Shown: positions 27,019 to 42,767, numbered from the stretch's first letter. The stretch: DNA of 64,000 bases from Eledone cirrhosa (GCA_964016885.1 OZ024743.1:80538001-80602000), one strand, 5' to 3'. The notes: a model not told the origin generated them from the sequence alone. Numbers and translations are program-made.

Positions 27019-27157
27019 CATATCTCCCTCTCTCAGTATTAGCGAAATATCTGTTCTATTATTGTCTTATTCATATGAGATATCTGGATTAGAAGTTTCT
27101 CCTTCCTGGCAACTTCAGACATCTGCTTTCAATTAATTATATCAAGGTATAATTTTG

Positions 27158-27382
27158 CGAGACGAAGCAAGCTCTAGCCAGAGAGAGAGGCTAGAGACCG
27201 CGAGTCGAGAAGGGCTGCAGCCCCCAGGCGCTGAAGCAAACCTTAGCCAGAGAGAGGCTAGAGACCGCGAGTCGAGAAGGGCTGCAGCCCGCAGACGCTG
27301 AAGCAAAACCTAGCCAGAAAGAGGCTAGAAACCGCGAGTCGAGAAGGGCTGCAGCCCGCAGACGCCGAAGCAAGCTCTAACC
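27158..27382. repeat. GC-rich 67-bp tandem repeat (~3 copies) with internal palindromes
   Basis: ga(g/a)accgcgagtcgagaagggctgcagccc starts at 27194, 27261 and 27328. Confidence 0.9.
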
Positions 27383-27467
27383 ACAAAGAGAGATGAGGAT
27401 AAATATATATCAAATATATAAGAACCGTAGACCAAATATTTAATCTGTTATTTTAATAAATAAATAA

Positions 27468-27498
<31 letters not shown>

Positions 27499-28043
27499 CA
27501 AAGGGCGGAAGAACTCATAAGAGTGAACGGCCATCCAAAAATGTGTAAATATGTATATACACATGTACATATATATGTGTATGTATATGCGCGGGGGCAA
27601 AGATATAGTTGGGCTGGATACCTGATCGCGCGGTTAAACCACTGGGAGTGAAGGACCCCTAACCTTTGTCAGGGCATTCTTCTAGGAGAAGGCATCTCAG
27701 GAAAGTTGTATAACTCCGTCATAAAATCTGCGGCTCAGTAGTTACCGATGATGTTGATCTTTTCTTCTTTTCGGGTTATAGTTACTGTCGTTCAGAGAGT
27801 GGGATTGGCTCAGTGCACAGTCTTTCCTCACTTTAAAAAAAGTTTTGCACACAGGCATTTCACGATAGAATTAATTAATTGTTTCTACTTTAGGCACAAG
27901 GCCAGCAATTACCCAGTGCATTACTGGTACTTTATTTTATCGACCCCGTAAGGATGAAAGGCAATGGTATATCGTGCAATGGCCATACTCGATAATGAGG
28001 GGGCATCCATGATATATATTTATATATATATATATATAATATA

Positions 28044-28611
28044 TATAGAATATAAAAGACAAAAATAAACACAGATATATAGATATATGTGTTTAAATCG
28101 TAAGGGACCTGATTCGCTAAGGTGATAAGAATACTAACTAATTTGTTAATTTGTTGAGCTATTTCAAATGTCGAGTAAACCTGGCTGCTATTTTTAGTGG
28201 TGTGGGTTTGTGAGACTCGCTAGGATGCCATGTGCGCTGTTTTATATTTTATATGTAGCATACGTAGATGTGTCTACCCACTGATGAGCTTGGATTAGTA
28301 TATCTATTCACAATTAACTTTGCGAAACAACACCAAGTTGTCTGGGTGATTGGTAGTTACCACAATTCCGGTTTGTATTTATTTTCTTAATTCTTTCTTA
28401 AATTGAGACAGGCCGACCCAATTGTCGATAGTTAGTATTCTTTTCACCTTAGCGAATCAGGTCCCTTACGATTTGAACACATATATCTATATATCTGTGT
28501 TTGTTTTTTCTTTTATATTCTATTATAATATAAGGCTCAGAAATATCTCTTTCTTCGAGCTATTTTGTTGTAAGACACTATTTTGAGTTCCTAACTCAAT
28601 ATATACCTTTA

Positions 28612-28612
<1 letters not shown>
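28044..28612 (+). mobile_element. Inverted-repeat element enclosing a canonical type I HHR
   Basis: Arms 28044-28140 / 28429-28525. HHR 28275-28348: accca-CTGATGA-gc..gc-GAAA-caac-accaa-gttg-TC-tgggt. Confidence 0.8.
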
Positions 28613-28669
<57 letters not shown>

Positions 28670-29431
28670 TCCTATTATTCTTACCTACTTTACACATACA
28701 TATGGATTTGCTTAAGATCAACAAACGCCATGTAAAGTCCTTTATTGTTTCAGGAACTGCCTGGGTACAAACCCCTTATATGTTGTGTTCCCATTTGCTC
28801 TGAATTCACTGAGTCACTAGATATTATTTCACAATCATCCGCATCTGTCTCTTCAGTTGTTTGTCTGTGATTATTTTCTCCCCGAGATGGATACCAGAGT
28901 TAACCCGCTATAATTACAGGTATAGTTGGATAGATTGTATCTGTAATTCAAAGGGTCGATCTTGTCATACGCTATGTTACGTTGAATATCATTGAGAATT
29001 ACTTTAAGGATGCACGTGGTCACAGTTGGATTTAGACCTGGGGAGGGGGGGGGGCACGAGGGGGGGGGTATGTATTGGAAATATTGGAATACACAGCAAG
29101 CCCCCCATTTTCATATCATAAAGGTAGCTTGGCGCAAGTAGTTGCTATTGAAACGTCATACATACAGATATTAAATGCCAAAATTGTAACCATCCTAAAA
29201 AAAAAACCAACAGAAGGCACAAATAAATTGATGCGGCGGTCAGTAGTGGGGCCCTACTGCCCCGGGTCAGTTCCTCCTTCTTGCACCACCTTAAATCCGT
29301 TTCCCTCACGTGGCTATGGATTACTCGGCCAGTTGTAGGTAGGATTATAAGAGCAGGTTGTTCACTTGATCAAATAGCTCAACCATTTCATGTCTAACCC
29401 ATTCATATAAGACACACTAAGTGTGCTGGTG

Positions 29432-29762
29432 TACTCTCGGCTCCCAAATAAAAGGGGTATAATAATCGGGGAGTGTAAAATCGGTAATTTTTCTAGGTTT
29501 CCCCCGTTGATTTTTTTAAAAACCAGAATTTGTCGTTTAGTTTACATGTTGAGACCCAGCCATTGCTATCTATTTTATAACATGTGGATTTTTAGTAATG
29601 TACTTTTTTGTCAGGTACAATATGTTCTGATATATAAAGAATTAATTGTCGCAAGAATGCTGCCACTTAAAATAACATTCCGAGATAGATTAGTAAAATA
29701 TAATAAGTGGGTAGATGGGTTTGAAAAAAGTGGGGGTGGGGATTATTGGATACCCGAGAATA
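29432..29762. mobile_element. Tc1/mariner-pogo-type MITE
   Basis: Imperfect TIRs ta-ctctcggctcccaaataa / ttattggatacccgagaa-ta with TA flanks. Confidence 0.5.
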
Positions 29763-30147
29763 TATTTCATATATGTATGTCTGGTGTTGTTATTGTTTTG
29801 TATTTGTGTCTGTGTTGTTTTATAGCTTCGTCTAAATCAAAGGTTCTTAAACTTTTGGGCTACCCCTCACCCACGGCCACGTAACACCCTCAGATCCACC
29901 CATTCTATGTCAACAGAGACTTGCCTACTCATAAAATATAAATAATATATAAGTAAAATCATTAATTTATATATAATAAATGATATAATATAGAGTATGT
30001 ATTAGCAGAATGGCTCGGCGTTGCTCGGAATTTGCTCTAGGGTTGATATATATTTGATATATATTTATCCTTATCGAGCCTCGTGAAATAAATACGTTTG
30101 TTTATATTTTGTTATTGTGTATGCAAAAATATCTGTACACGAATATA

Positions 30148-30182
<35 letters not shown>

Positions 30183-30186
<4 letters not shown>

Positions 30187-30295
30187 CAGATTAAAGTTTA
30201 AGCAAAGAATCGCAGCTTTCACCCTTAACGGGATCTTCTGAAACTAAAATAATAAATCTGTGAACGCAGAAGTAAATATTTCGAAAAACGTTACA
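30183..30295 (-). ncRNA. HHR-like element with variant CAGAAGA core (30195-30245)
   Basis: Homologous to 37628-37690, 44800-44867 and 50310-50425. Confidence 0.55.
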
Positions 30296-30368
30296 CACTA
30301 TATATCTATATACACACACTATATATACATATACACACACTATATATATACATATACACACACGCACG

Positions 30369-30433
<65 letters not shown>

Positions 30434-30494
30434 CTACGTCATAATGTCATAATGTTGCCAGGCATATAGATATATATTACAAGGGCGCAATGTT

Positions 30495-30712
30495 ATATCT
30501 ATGTATCTATCTAAAAAGAGATAGACTAAGAGTTATAGAGAGAGATCGCTCAACCGCCTAATGCGGTCCGTAGGACATATTTTTGCTCAAAACACTCACA
30601 GGACCATAAGTATTACATGTGTAAAGTTTGAAAACAATAGGTTGGGTGGTTCTCGAGTTTTAGTGATCGGACAGGCAGACAGACAGACATGCTCTGTTTT
30701 AGATATATAGAT
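30495..30712 (+). mobile_element. Non-autonomous Helitron-like remnant
   Basis: aagtttgaaaacaat..ggttctcgagtttt..(acag)n..tatatatag resembles invertebrate Lep1-like Helitron 3' ends (from recall). Confidence 0.4.
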
Positions 30713-30984
30713 AAATAAATATATATTTTTTTATTTTACTATATTTATATATATATACAAATGGAAGTTTAGTAAAATCGAAGTTTTGGTTGTGGCCAAG
30801 CTATCGATATACAATTAGGAATGTGCAGCAAAGCACTCGATAAGGTTGTGTCACCTGAGAGTAATAGCCCGTTAGATAGCTTGACAAATTGAGGACTGCG
30901 ACAGGTAAGCCTAGCCACATGATACCAAAGCAATGAAAAAAACCAATCAGTTTTATACACACACACACACACAGACACACACAC

Positions 30985-31153
30985 ACTATATAAACAGGTT
31001 GGGTCCTTAAACGTTACGAATCAAAATCCTTTCGATTTGTGCGTGGTGCTGTCATTCATTATAACGCAGTCGACCACATCGCCCCATTTTTCGTTCAAGC
31101 CACCAACAAACATTTTGTTGACGGTGGCTTGAACAGAAAATGGGGCGATGTGG

Positions 31154-31158
<5 letters not shown>
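30985..31158 (-). pseudogene. DAZAP1/Hrp48/Musashi-type RRM1 fragment with deletion, nonsense codon and fold-back arm
   Basis: Minus translation NKMFVGGLN-EKWGDVVDCVIMNDSTTHKSKGF*FVTFKDPTCLYSV contains RNP2 and RNP1 motifs. Confidence 0.8.
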
Positions 31159-31220
<62 letters not shown>

Positions 31221-31224
<4 letters not shown>

Positions 31225-31876
31225 GAATAATCGAGTATCGAAAAATCGGCGCACGAGTTCACGATAAACAAAAATCGATATGAGCGGCAGAGGGCTCAAT
31301 AATTTAGATAAATCAGAGCTATAACTATCGTTAAAATACCGTCACACATAGAACAAGTCTATAATCAACCATACGACCGAAAAATTGCGATCTGGAAGAT
31401 TCGGGACACTCAGATAAAAAAATCAATAAATCAATAAATCAAATGAATGTAAAAAGCATACCTGGACCCGCTAGAAAGATGGTAAATCTAGCTTCTTGGG
31501 TTTCTGTAAATCCTTAAACTGTCCTCTATCAGCTCACATAAAAATATATAAGACTTCTAGATGCCAGCGGACTGGAATTACTTCCTCAACGAGCTTTTGT
31601 CCAAACGAATGAAAAGGCATAACCCAGGCTAAAAACGCACATGGAGTTCAGCAAGGGAGATAACCTCTATATCCGCGAAAAATATTCGGGAAAATGTGGA
31701 AATACACATATCGAATAAGAGTGCTCAATAGACATGTTAAAATAAACAGGAGCTATTCATCATTTAATAGAATCGACAAAAAATGAACAATAAAATTAAT
31801 TGGTCAATAGCTAGGTCTAGAGCTAAATATAGTAGAATAATCGAGTATCGAAAAATCGGCGCACGAGTTCACGATA

Positions 31877-31881
<5 letters not shown>
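31221..31881 (-). mobile_element. 610-nt unit with 51-bp terminal direct repeat (retrozyme-like), decayed HHR candidate 31452-31598
   Basis: 31221-31271 = 31831-31881; flanked by (TA)n on both sides. Confidence 0.7.
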
Positions 31882-31938
<57 letters not shown>

Positions 31939-32634
31939 TTTGGTTGTATATATACACTTTGGTTGACTGAAAAGTTAATAGGCTGACCAACATACTCTCA
32001 TGGAATGACCAAACGAGGTTTATTGTTCAACATTGCCTCCAGAAAGAAGATTTAATAAGAAGATTTAACATTAATGAATGTAAAATTTCACAGCTCTAGC
32101 ATCATTCCTTCGTAATCAGCCTATGAACATTTCAGCCTACTCTCGTAGATACCCTTTTAAGAAAATGCAATTTCTCTTCACAAATAAATAATTAAATAAG
32201 TAATTACAAAGCAGGTCTAATTTACCAAGGGTTAATAGAATTTGCATGAGAATAAAATAATAAAAAATCTGGCAGAAACTCTGCTTCTGCACGACATCTA
32301 ACAGATGATCAAGTGGAGTTTGTTCTTTCGTTAGAAAGGAATCAATGCCAGGTAGTAAATTCACCCCCAGTAAACTCTTAAGCTTTTATTCAACACAGCG
32401 AGACAATAAGAACCTCATAGAGAAGCACTAGTTTACATATATCAAGCATTATAACAATTAATTCTACACAATACATACAGTTTATTCGATGATTCAAATA
32501 TAAGCTGTCTATATAATAGGTGTACACATTATCGAAAAGTTCGTGAAACAGAACACAAAAGCCATTGCACTAAATCGCTAGGCACACGCACGCAAACACA
32601 TATATAAACACATATATATACATGTATATATATA

Positions 32635-32665
<31 letters not shown>

Positions 32666-32675
32666 GTATATTATA

Positions 32676-32846
<171 letters not shown>

Positions 32847-33129
32847 TTATATTATAAACAAAAAAATGTTCTACTTTCGATACTTTTAATATTTTCTCTG
32901 AAGATATTGAAGATATTGAAATTCAGATCTGGCTATTGTAGCTTTAAAGAGTTTCAGTAAATGTTGAGAGTGTTTTCCCTTGTGGGAAGATAGATCACAT
33001 AAATTATTCCCCTCAGGACACGAAATCTTTTTAACATGGTTTCAAACCAACAGACTGGAGGAGAAGCAAATTTATGAAAAACTATCACGATTCACTTTTT
33101 GTTCTTTTTATGTGTATATGTGCGAGAGA

Positions 33130-36013
<2,884 letters not shown>

Positions 36014-36096
36014 CAGACAATATTGTTGATTTGGGTCTCGCAGAGGCCCTGTACTGGATTTTACCATCAATTCCAAGGGTCCACGTTTGTTATATA

Positions 36097-36134
<38 letters not shown>

Positions 36135-36500
36135 ATTATGTCATTTATTTTGTCTGACCTGTTTAGCTTGACTCGTTTTTTTGGCTTAGGTGGTTAATGG
36201 CTTCTTGACCGCCTTCTCACTTTGTATGGCCTTTATAACCTTTGTTTATTGCTCTGGTCTTTTTAGCCCATGGAGCGCTTGCCAGCATGACTCGGAATTT
36301 GCGTTACGTTTCGCTTTTTCTACCCGTCAAAATGCGATTCTCGCTGAATGTATATTTATTTGGTGCGTGTGTTTCTTATTGGCAACATGACCCTCCCAAA
36401 GTATAACAATATCGGTTTCAACACACGATTTCAGATAAAGAATCTTGCTAAACAAATTCAGAAACGAAATATATATATATAGTTTTTCTAAATATATATA

Positions 36501-37364
36501 GTTTTTCCAAATTGAAGGATGAGTATTGAAACTTTATTTTATTTTGAGTTAAGACTCTATTGGTTTTTTTCCCTGGATTTCACAAATTCTGTGGATAAAA
36601 TCTCTGTCTTGATTTTTTTTTTATTGAGTTTGAATTATTTTCCCATATCTTACGTTAATTATTTTCCATTTTGACGTTATAGTCACTTATATATTATGAA
36701 ATACTGTTGTATTCTTGCTCACATTAATTTCTATATTTTCATTTATATTTATACTGGGAATTTTTCCTAGAGCGCTTAAAATTATTTGTGACTAATTCCA
36801 GTCTTTTTTTTTTTTAAACCGCGATAATATCGCTATTTTGCTGAACTCCTTACATTTTGTAGAGTTTTTTCGGAATGTTTTTTACTGCTGTTTCTTGTAA
36901 ATAGACATTCGTTTCATTCTGACGTCACCAGCCATGTCTCTCCATGTGTGTTGATTTTCATAATTCCGCACGAGGTGAACTAGCCAGGTTTTAAATTCCC
37001 TTTTTGGCATATTTTGGCAGTGAGATTTTGGTTATCGCGTTGGGCTCTACTGAGGAACGACTCCAACCGTGACTAATCCCACTGAAAAGTTTCGTGAAAT
37101 AGTCTTTAAGACTATATAGAGCATTTGTAGTTTTTCCAAATTGAAGGATGAGTATTTAAACTTTATTTTATTCTGAGTTAAGACTCGATTGATTTTTTCC
37201 CTGGATTTCACAAAGTCTGTGGATAAAATGTGTCTTGATTCTGTTTTAATTGAGTTATTTTCCCATATCTTACGTCAATTATTTTCCATTTTGACGTTAT
37301 AGTCACTTATATATTATGAAAAACTATTGGCTTCTTGCCCACATTTATTTCTATATTTTCATTT
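36501..37364 (+). mobile_element. Retrozyme-like element, ~1.37 tandem units of 629 nt
   Basis: 36501-36745 is repeated at 37130-37364; homologous to 4517-5164. Confidence 0.8.
37044..37122 (+). ncRNA. Intact type I hammerhead ribozyme
   Basis: gctcta-CTGAGGA-acga..tcgt-GAAA-tagtct-tta-agacta-TA-tagagc; all three stems pair. Confidence 0.85.
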
Positions 37365-37396
37365 ATATATATATATATATACATGTATATATATAT

Positions 37397-37590
37397 AGGA
37401 AAATGTTTAGACCCGACGGCAGAGCTCAAGCCGTTTCGACGGCTATTTCTGGACCCGAAATAGCCGTCGAAGCGGCTTGAGTTCTGCCGTCGGGGTTAAA
37501 CATTTTCCTATTACCCACTCTTTTACACTAAGTATTGAGTACTCTGGTGCGTTATGGTCCATCTGGTTCCTTACTATACCTCCTTCGTTA
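37397..37590. mobile_element. Family A fold-back derivative (HHR 3' half + tail)
   Basis: Hairpin centred ~37453; homologous to 788-945. Further copies at 44888-44965, 53212-53356, 56307-56503, 57720-57980. Confidence 0.85.
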
Positions 37591-37621
<31 letters not shown>

Positions 37622-37815
37622 TTTTAAATTAAAATAACAGATTAAAGTTTAATCAAAGAATCGCTGCTTTCACCCTTAACGGGATCTTCTATTATTTTAA
37701 TAAATATTTGCTCTATGGTTCTTATATATTAGGTATATATTTATCCTTATCGAGCCCACTTTGGATTTTAGTCTTCACTTTTATTATTATTATATATATA
37801 TACATATATATATAT

Positions 37816-37912
<97 letters not shown>

Positions 37913-38690
37913 CATACATATATACATAAAATACATACTTATACACATAGAAACAGACACAGCATATATACATCGAGGTTAACATGCATGAACGGCAGTT
38001 GGTCTTCCACAAACATACCTTGCCCAAGCTTGTGCCTCAAAGAAGAATTTCATGGCCACAAGTGACCGAGGGGTTCCTACCATATCTATACATGTATGTA
38101 TGTGTGTCTGTCTGTCTGTCTGTCTGTCAGTCTTTATATGTCTGTGTGTGTGTGTACGCCTGTGTGTGTATGTCTCTGTGTGTGTGTGTGTATGTCTGTG
38201 TGTGTGTGTGTGTATGTCTGTTTGTGTGAGAGTGTGTCTGTGTGTGTGAGTGTGAGTGTAAGGAAATGAATACTAATATACGTATCCGTGGTTGTACTGT
38301 ATGTATTTTAGTGACAAAAGAGATTCCTAAATTAAGAACCAGATTTGGTAACATTTTACTTGGGTCGTTAAAAACCCTACATCGCAGTAGCCCAGCATGG
38401 CCGCAATCCATAGATTTGAACAATTAAATGAATAAGAAGAATAAGACATCAATGGCCAGGCAAGGCAGAAAGTGAAGCAACAAAGAGCAGTGCCCCAGCT
38501 TGGCCTCAGCCGAATGGAACAGGTAACAGAGTAAAAAAGTAATTGACGTTATTCTTCTGTTTGTTTCAACCCTAAAGATTATATCCTTGTAATATTTCTT
38601 CCTTTCCTTGTCCTTTCTTTAATACTTATTTACATATTATTTACATATTATTTACATATTATTTACATATTATTTACATATTATTTACAA

Positions 38691-38877
38691 TGGATTGGCA
38701 GTATCGGTAGAGGGTCGGACGCCATCCTTTGCAGCATAGAGTTACGCCCCTTTAAGGTCTGTGTTCAAATCCCGCCGAGGTTAACTTTAACTTTCATCCT
38801 TACGGGCTCGATAAAATAAAGTACCAGTAATGTACTGGGTAATTGCTGGCCTTGTGCCAAAATGTAGAAACAATTAT
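38691..38877 (+). mobile_element. tRNA-derived SINE (octopus-type)
   Basis: tggattggcagtatcggtagag..gttcaaatcccgccgagg..gtaccagtaa; near-identical to 59088 and 61655. Confidence 0.75.
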
Positions 38878-39200
38878 TTACATATTATTTAATAGTTTCC
38901 TCGTAAGTATTATTCTTGTCGTTATTAGAGTGCAACTAGGTACTCACAACACTTCCATCTTATTATTAGAGTGCTATCAGGTGCTTACAACACTTTGATG
39001 GCTTAACAACGTGAGAGGCGGCCAGAAAACAGCGCGTTCTGTAGTGGTTTAATGGAAGGTATGAGTGAGAATGGCCTGGAAGATGCTCTGGTTTCTGATG
39101 AGGACAGTCTGAACAGACTCTCTGCTTAACTTTCAGATTATGGACAATGTCTAGAAATCCTTGCATTTCAGTGATACATAAGGACACTAACAGTATAAAT

Positions 39201-39520
39201 CAGGGGCGTGCTACAGGTGACCCGCGGGCCACAATCCGGCCCACCAAACCAGTCACAGTGGCCCGCGATGATCGTTTTCAATGTTTACCTAGTAGGATTA
39301 TTTAGAATTGTTTTCGTAACCGTAATACAAGTTTCTGTTAGTTGACCTATATTAAAGGACTTCACTGTTAGGGTGTGTGTGTGTTATAATTTCTCCGCTC
39401 CATATTATGGAAAGAAGTTGTGGTGAATCTTTGGAATAGTGCTTGATAAATATTAATGGCCTTAACAACTGTTCCAATGTTCAAAAGTGGCCCGCCAATG
39501 GAATATGTTGCACACACCTG
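39201..39520. mobile_element. hAT/Charlie-type MITE
   Basis: TIRs caggggcgtgctac / gttgcacacacctg, subterminal ggcccgc motifs, degenerate 8-bp TSD gtataaat / gtttaaaa. Confidence 0.7.
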
Positions 39521-39559
39521 GTTTAAAACATGTCCCACTAGCACAGAAATTCCAGCAGC

Positions 39560-40440
39560 CACACCTGTCCGAGATCCACGTGGGGTGACGAAACAGTTTT
39601 GCATACTATCGCCCAGTATCCGTGCATTACATACATGTGGGTTTGTGTCAAACAATTGCTATCAGGTGTAGAACAGATCCGGTCATCCCTCAGATCTATA
39701 GGAAAAATTGAACCACCACCTTCTTTTGGAAGGGTAGCAAATCCTCCGCTGCCTGGTAGTTATGGTGACCGAAGTTGTATGGTGGATACGACTAAAAGAT
39801 GTGAGGACAGGAACATTCCTCGCCGGTCAAGCCCTCATCAACTTCTTTATGTAGTACTAAGGTAATAGGCATCAACTCTCTAGCGGTTTCAGTAATAAGA
39901 CACAGCTTTAATATTCTTAACCGATCACTAAAACAACTAGCAACACTAAACAGAGAAATAAGAAGAATTATGATTGCATTTAGAAAATATCACACAGATC
40001 AGATGCAGAAAGATTATACCACGAACATAGAGAAGTGAAAGTGTAAACGCTGTAGTGTGGTCAGATGGTGTCAAAGTCAAGGCATGATGGTCAGGCGGTA
40101 GTAGATGACAGGCGCTATGTACGCGTTCACCTTCTCTGCACAACCTTTCAGGGATAGCCCCTCTCGCTCCATTTCTGTGTGAGAGCGGCCACCTTACTCG
40201 TCACCTTATGGACGTGTGGACCAAACCAGAGCCCGGACAATTTAACCGTTCCGTCAGACCAGCACCCAACAACAATGTTGGACAATATGGACCTGCCTCT
40301 CCAGGTACCGGGCCACAAGTCTATCGACTTTTTCTGGTTAATTTTCGCTGTTATCATCGCTTCGTATTCCTCAAGAGAGATGCTAATCACCTCAGTATGT
40401 TTTGTGTTCTACAGAACTACGGTGGCGTCGTCGGTTTAGA
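39560..40440. mobile_element. Old Tx1-like relics: C-terminal piece on + (39560-39870), RT-thumb piece on - (40070-40440)
   Basis: QLLSGVEQIR..IEPPPSF and LEEYEAM..GTWRGR..GLWFGP..LTQKWSE match the 9-16 kb elements. Confidence 0.75.
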
Positions 40441-40599
40441 GTCACACAGTTTTGAGGACCTAGTGACTTATTGAAATCTTGTGGATACCCCAGGTTACAG
40501 GTACTTGCCACCTCAGGTTACAGGTACCTGCAACACTTATGTGTTAGGAAGAGAATAAATTCAGAGTAAACAAATAAATAAATAAATAATAATGTAATT

Positions 40600-40856
40600 A
40601 TGACATTCATCAGTCGTATCAATCATCACATAATCATGCTCATCATCATCATCATCATTATCGATCTCCTAATAAACGTGAACATCATCATCATCGTCAT
40701 CATCATAACCATCATCATCATCACCACCACCACGATCATCATCTCATCTTCATCAGTGATGTTATCACCTTCGTCATCAATAACATCATATCGATCATTA
40801 ACATTATCATCGACGTCGGTGTTATCGTCACCATCCTCATTATCGTAATCATCACC

Positions 40857-40888
<32 letters not shown>

Positions 40889-42325
40889 CATCATAACCAT
40901 CATCATCATCATCACCACCACCACGATCATCATCTTCATCTTCAACAACAACATTTTCATCAACATCCCCATCATCATCATCATCAACACCACCATCATC
41001 AACACCACCATCATCATCATCACCATCTCTCTTTACATAGAGGAATCCCCGCTGGGGTTGTGAAAAGATGAAAAAAAAAGGAAAAGAAAATGATAGAATA
41101 GAAATTAAAAAAAAAAACACGAAAAAAAAAAAAGCAGAATATTTGGGCAGCAGTAATGGCGGCTTTGCCAGAATTATCAGCGATAATCCGTGACCAAGAC
41201 TCCAGTAATGTCACAATTAAAGTATTTAGGTGGAAGCTATGAGGTGGGTTGATGGTAGGAGAGTATGGGGCGGAGGGTGGTGGCGTTGGTGGAGGGGGGT
41301 AGAGGACAATGTTGGTGGAGGGTGGTGGCGTTGGTGTAGGGGAGGTAGAGGACAAAGGTGGGGAGGGTGGTGTGGTTGGGGGGGTGGGGTAGAGGGCAAA
41401 GGTGGTGGAGGGGGTACAGCATGAAGGTGGTGGAGGGCGTGGGGTTGGTGGAGGGGGGTAGAGGACAATGTTGGTGGAGGGTGGTGGCGTTGGTGTAGGG
41501 GGGTAGAGGACGAAGGTGGTGGAGGGTGGTGGGATTGGTGTAGGGGGGTAGAGGACGAAGGTGGTGGAGGGGGTAGGGGACGAAGGTGGTGGAAGGTGGT
41601 GAGGGGGGGTAGAGGACGAAGGTGGTGGAGGGTGGTGGGGTTGGTGGAGGGGGTAGAGAACGAAGGTGGTGGGGTTGGTGGAGGAGTAGAGGACGAAGGT
41701 GGTGGAGGGTGGTGGGGTTGGTGTAGGGGGGTAGAGGACGAAGGTGGTGGATGGTGATGGCGTTGGTGTAGGGGGGTAGAGGACAAAGGTGGTGGAGGGT
41801 GGTGAGGTTGGTGGAGGGGGTAGAGGACGAAGGTGGTGGAGGGTGGAGAGGTTGGTGTAGGGGGGTAGAGGACGAAGATGGTGGAGGGTGGTGAGGTTGG
41901 TGTAGGGGGGTAGAGGACGATGGTGGTGGAGGGTGGTGAGGTTGGTGTAGGGGGGTAGAGGACGAAGGTGGTGGAGGGTGGTGGGGTTAAGTAGGGGGGT
42001 AGAGGACGAAGGTGGTGGAGGGTGGTGGGGTTGGTGTAGGGGGTAGAGGACGAAGGTGGTGGAGGGTGGTGGGGTTGGTGTAGGGAGGGGGTAGAGACCT
42101 AAGGTGGTTTAGATGGAAGCTATGAGGTGGTGGAAGGTAGTGAAGTAGAAGAGGGTGAATAGTGGGGTGGGAGAGGAGGTGGGAGGATTATATTTGGTTT
42201 GTTTGTGATAATGTTTCTTTTTTCTTCTCGATCGTTCGTTCGAATCATCATTATCATTCTATTATAATTGTTGTTGTTGTTACTGGTGGCATTGTTGGTG
42301 CTGTTGTTGGTGGTGGTGGTGGTGG

Positions 42326-42362
<37 letters not shown>

Positions 42363-42442
42363 GGTGTTATTGTTGTTGTTGTTGGTGGTGGTGGTGGTGG
42401 TGGTGTTATTGTTGTTGTTGTTGGTGGTGGTGGTGGTGGTGG

Positions 42443-42479
<37 letters not shown>

Positions 42480-42481
42480 GG

Positions 42482-42518
<37 letters not shown>

Positions 42519-42604
42519 GGTGGTGGTGGTGGTGTTGTTGTTGTTGTTGTTGGTGGTGGTGGTGTTATTGTTGTTGTTGTTGGTGGTGGTGGTGGTGGTG
42601 GTGG

Positions 42605-42641
<37 letters not shown>

Positions 42642-42735
42642 GGTGGTGGTGTTATTATTGTTGTTGTTGTTGGTGGTGGTGGTGGTGGTGGTGTTATTGT
42701 TGTTGGTGTTGTTGGTGGTGGTGGTGGTGTTATTG

Positions 42736-42767
<32 letters not shown>

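Noticed and set aside
27158-27382. CRISPR-like array
   Set aside because: Units are contiguous with no unique spacers, there are no cas genes, and the context is eukaryotic.
27590-27740. RTE-type 5' UTR or HDV-like ribozyme
   Set aside because: Only a short resemblance (ctaggagaagg); I could not build the nested pseudoknot.
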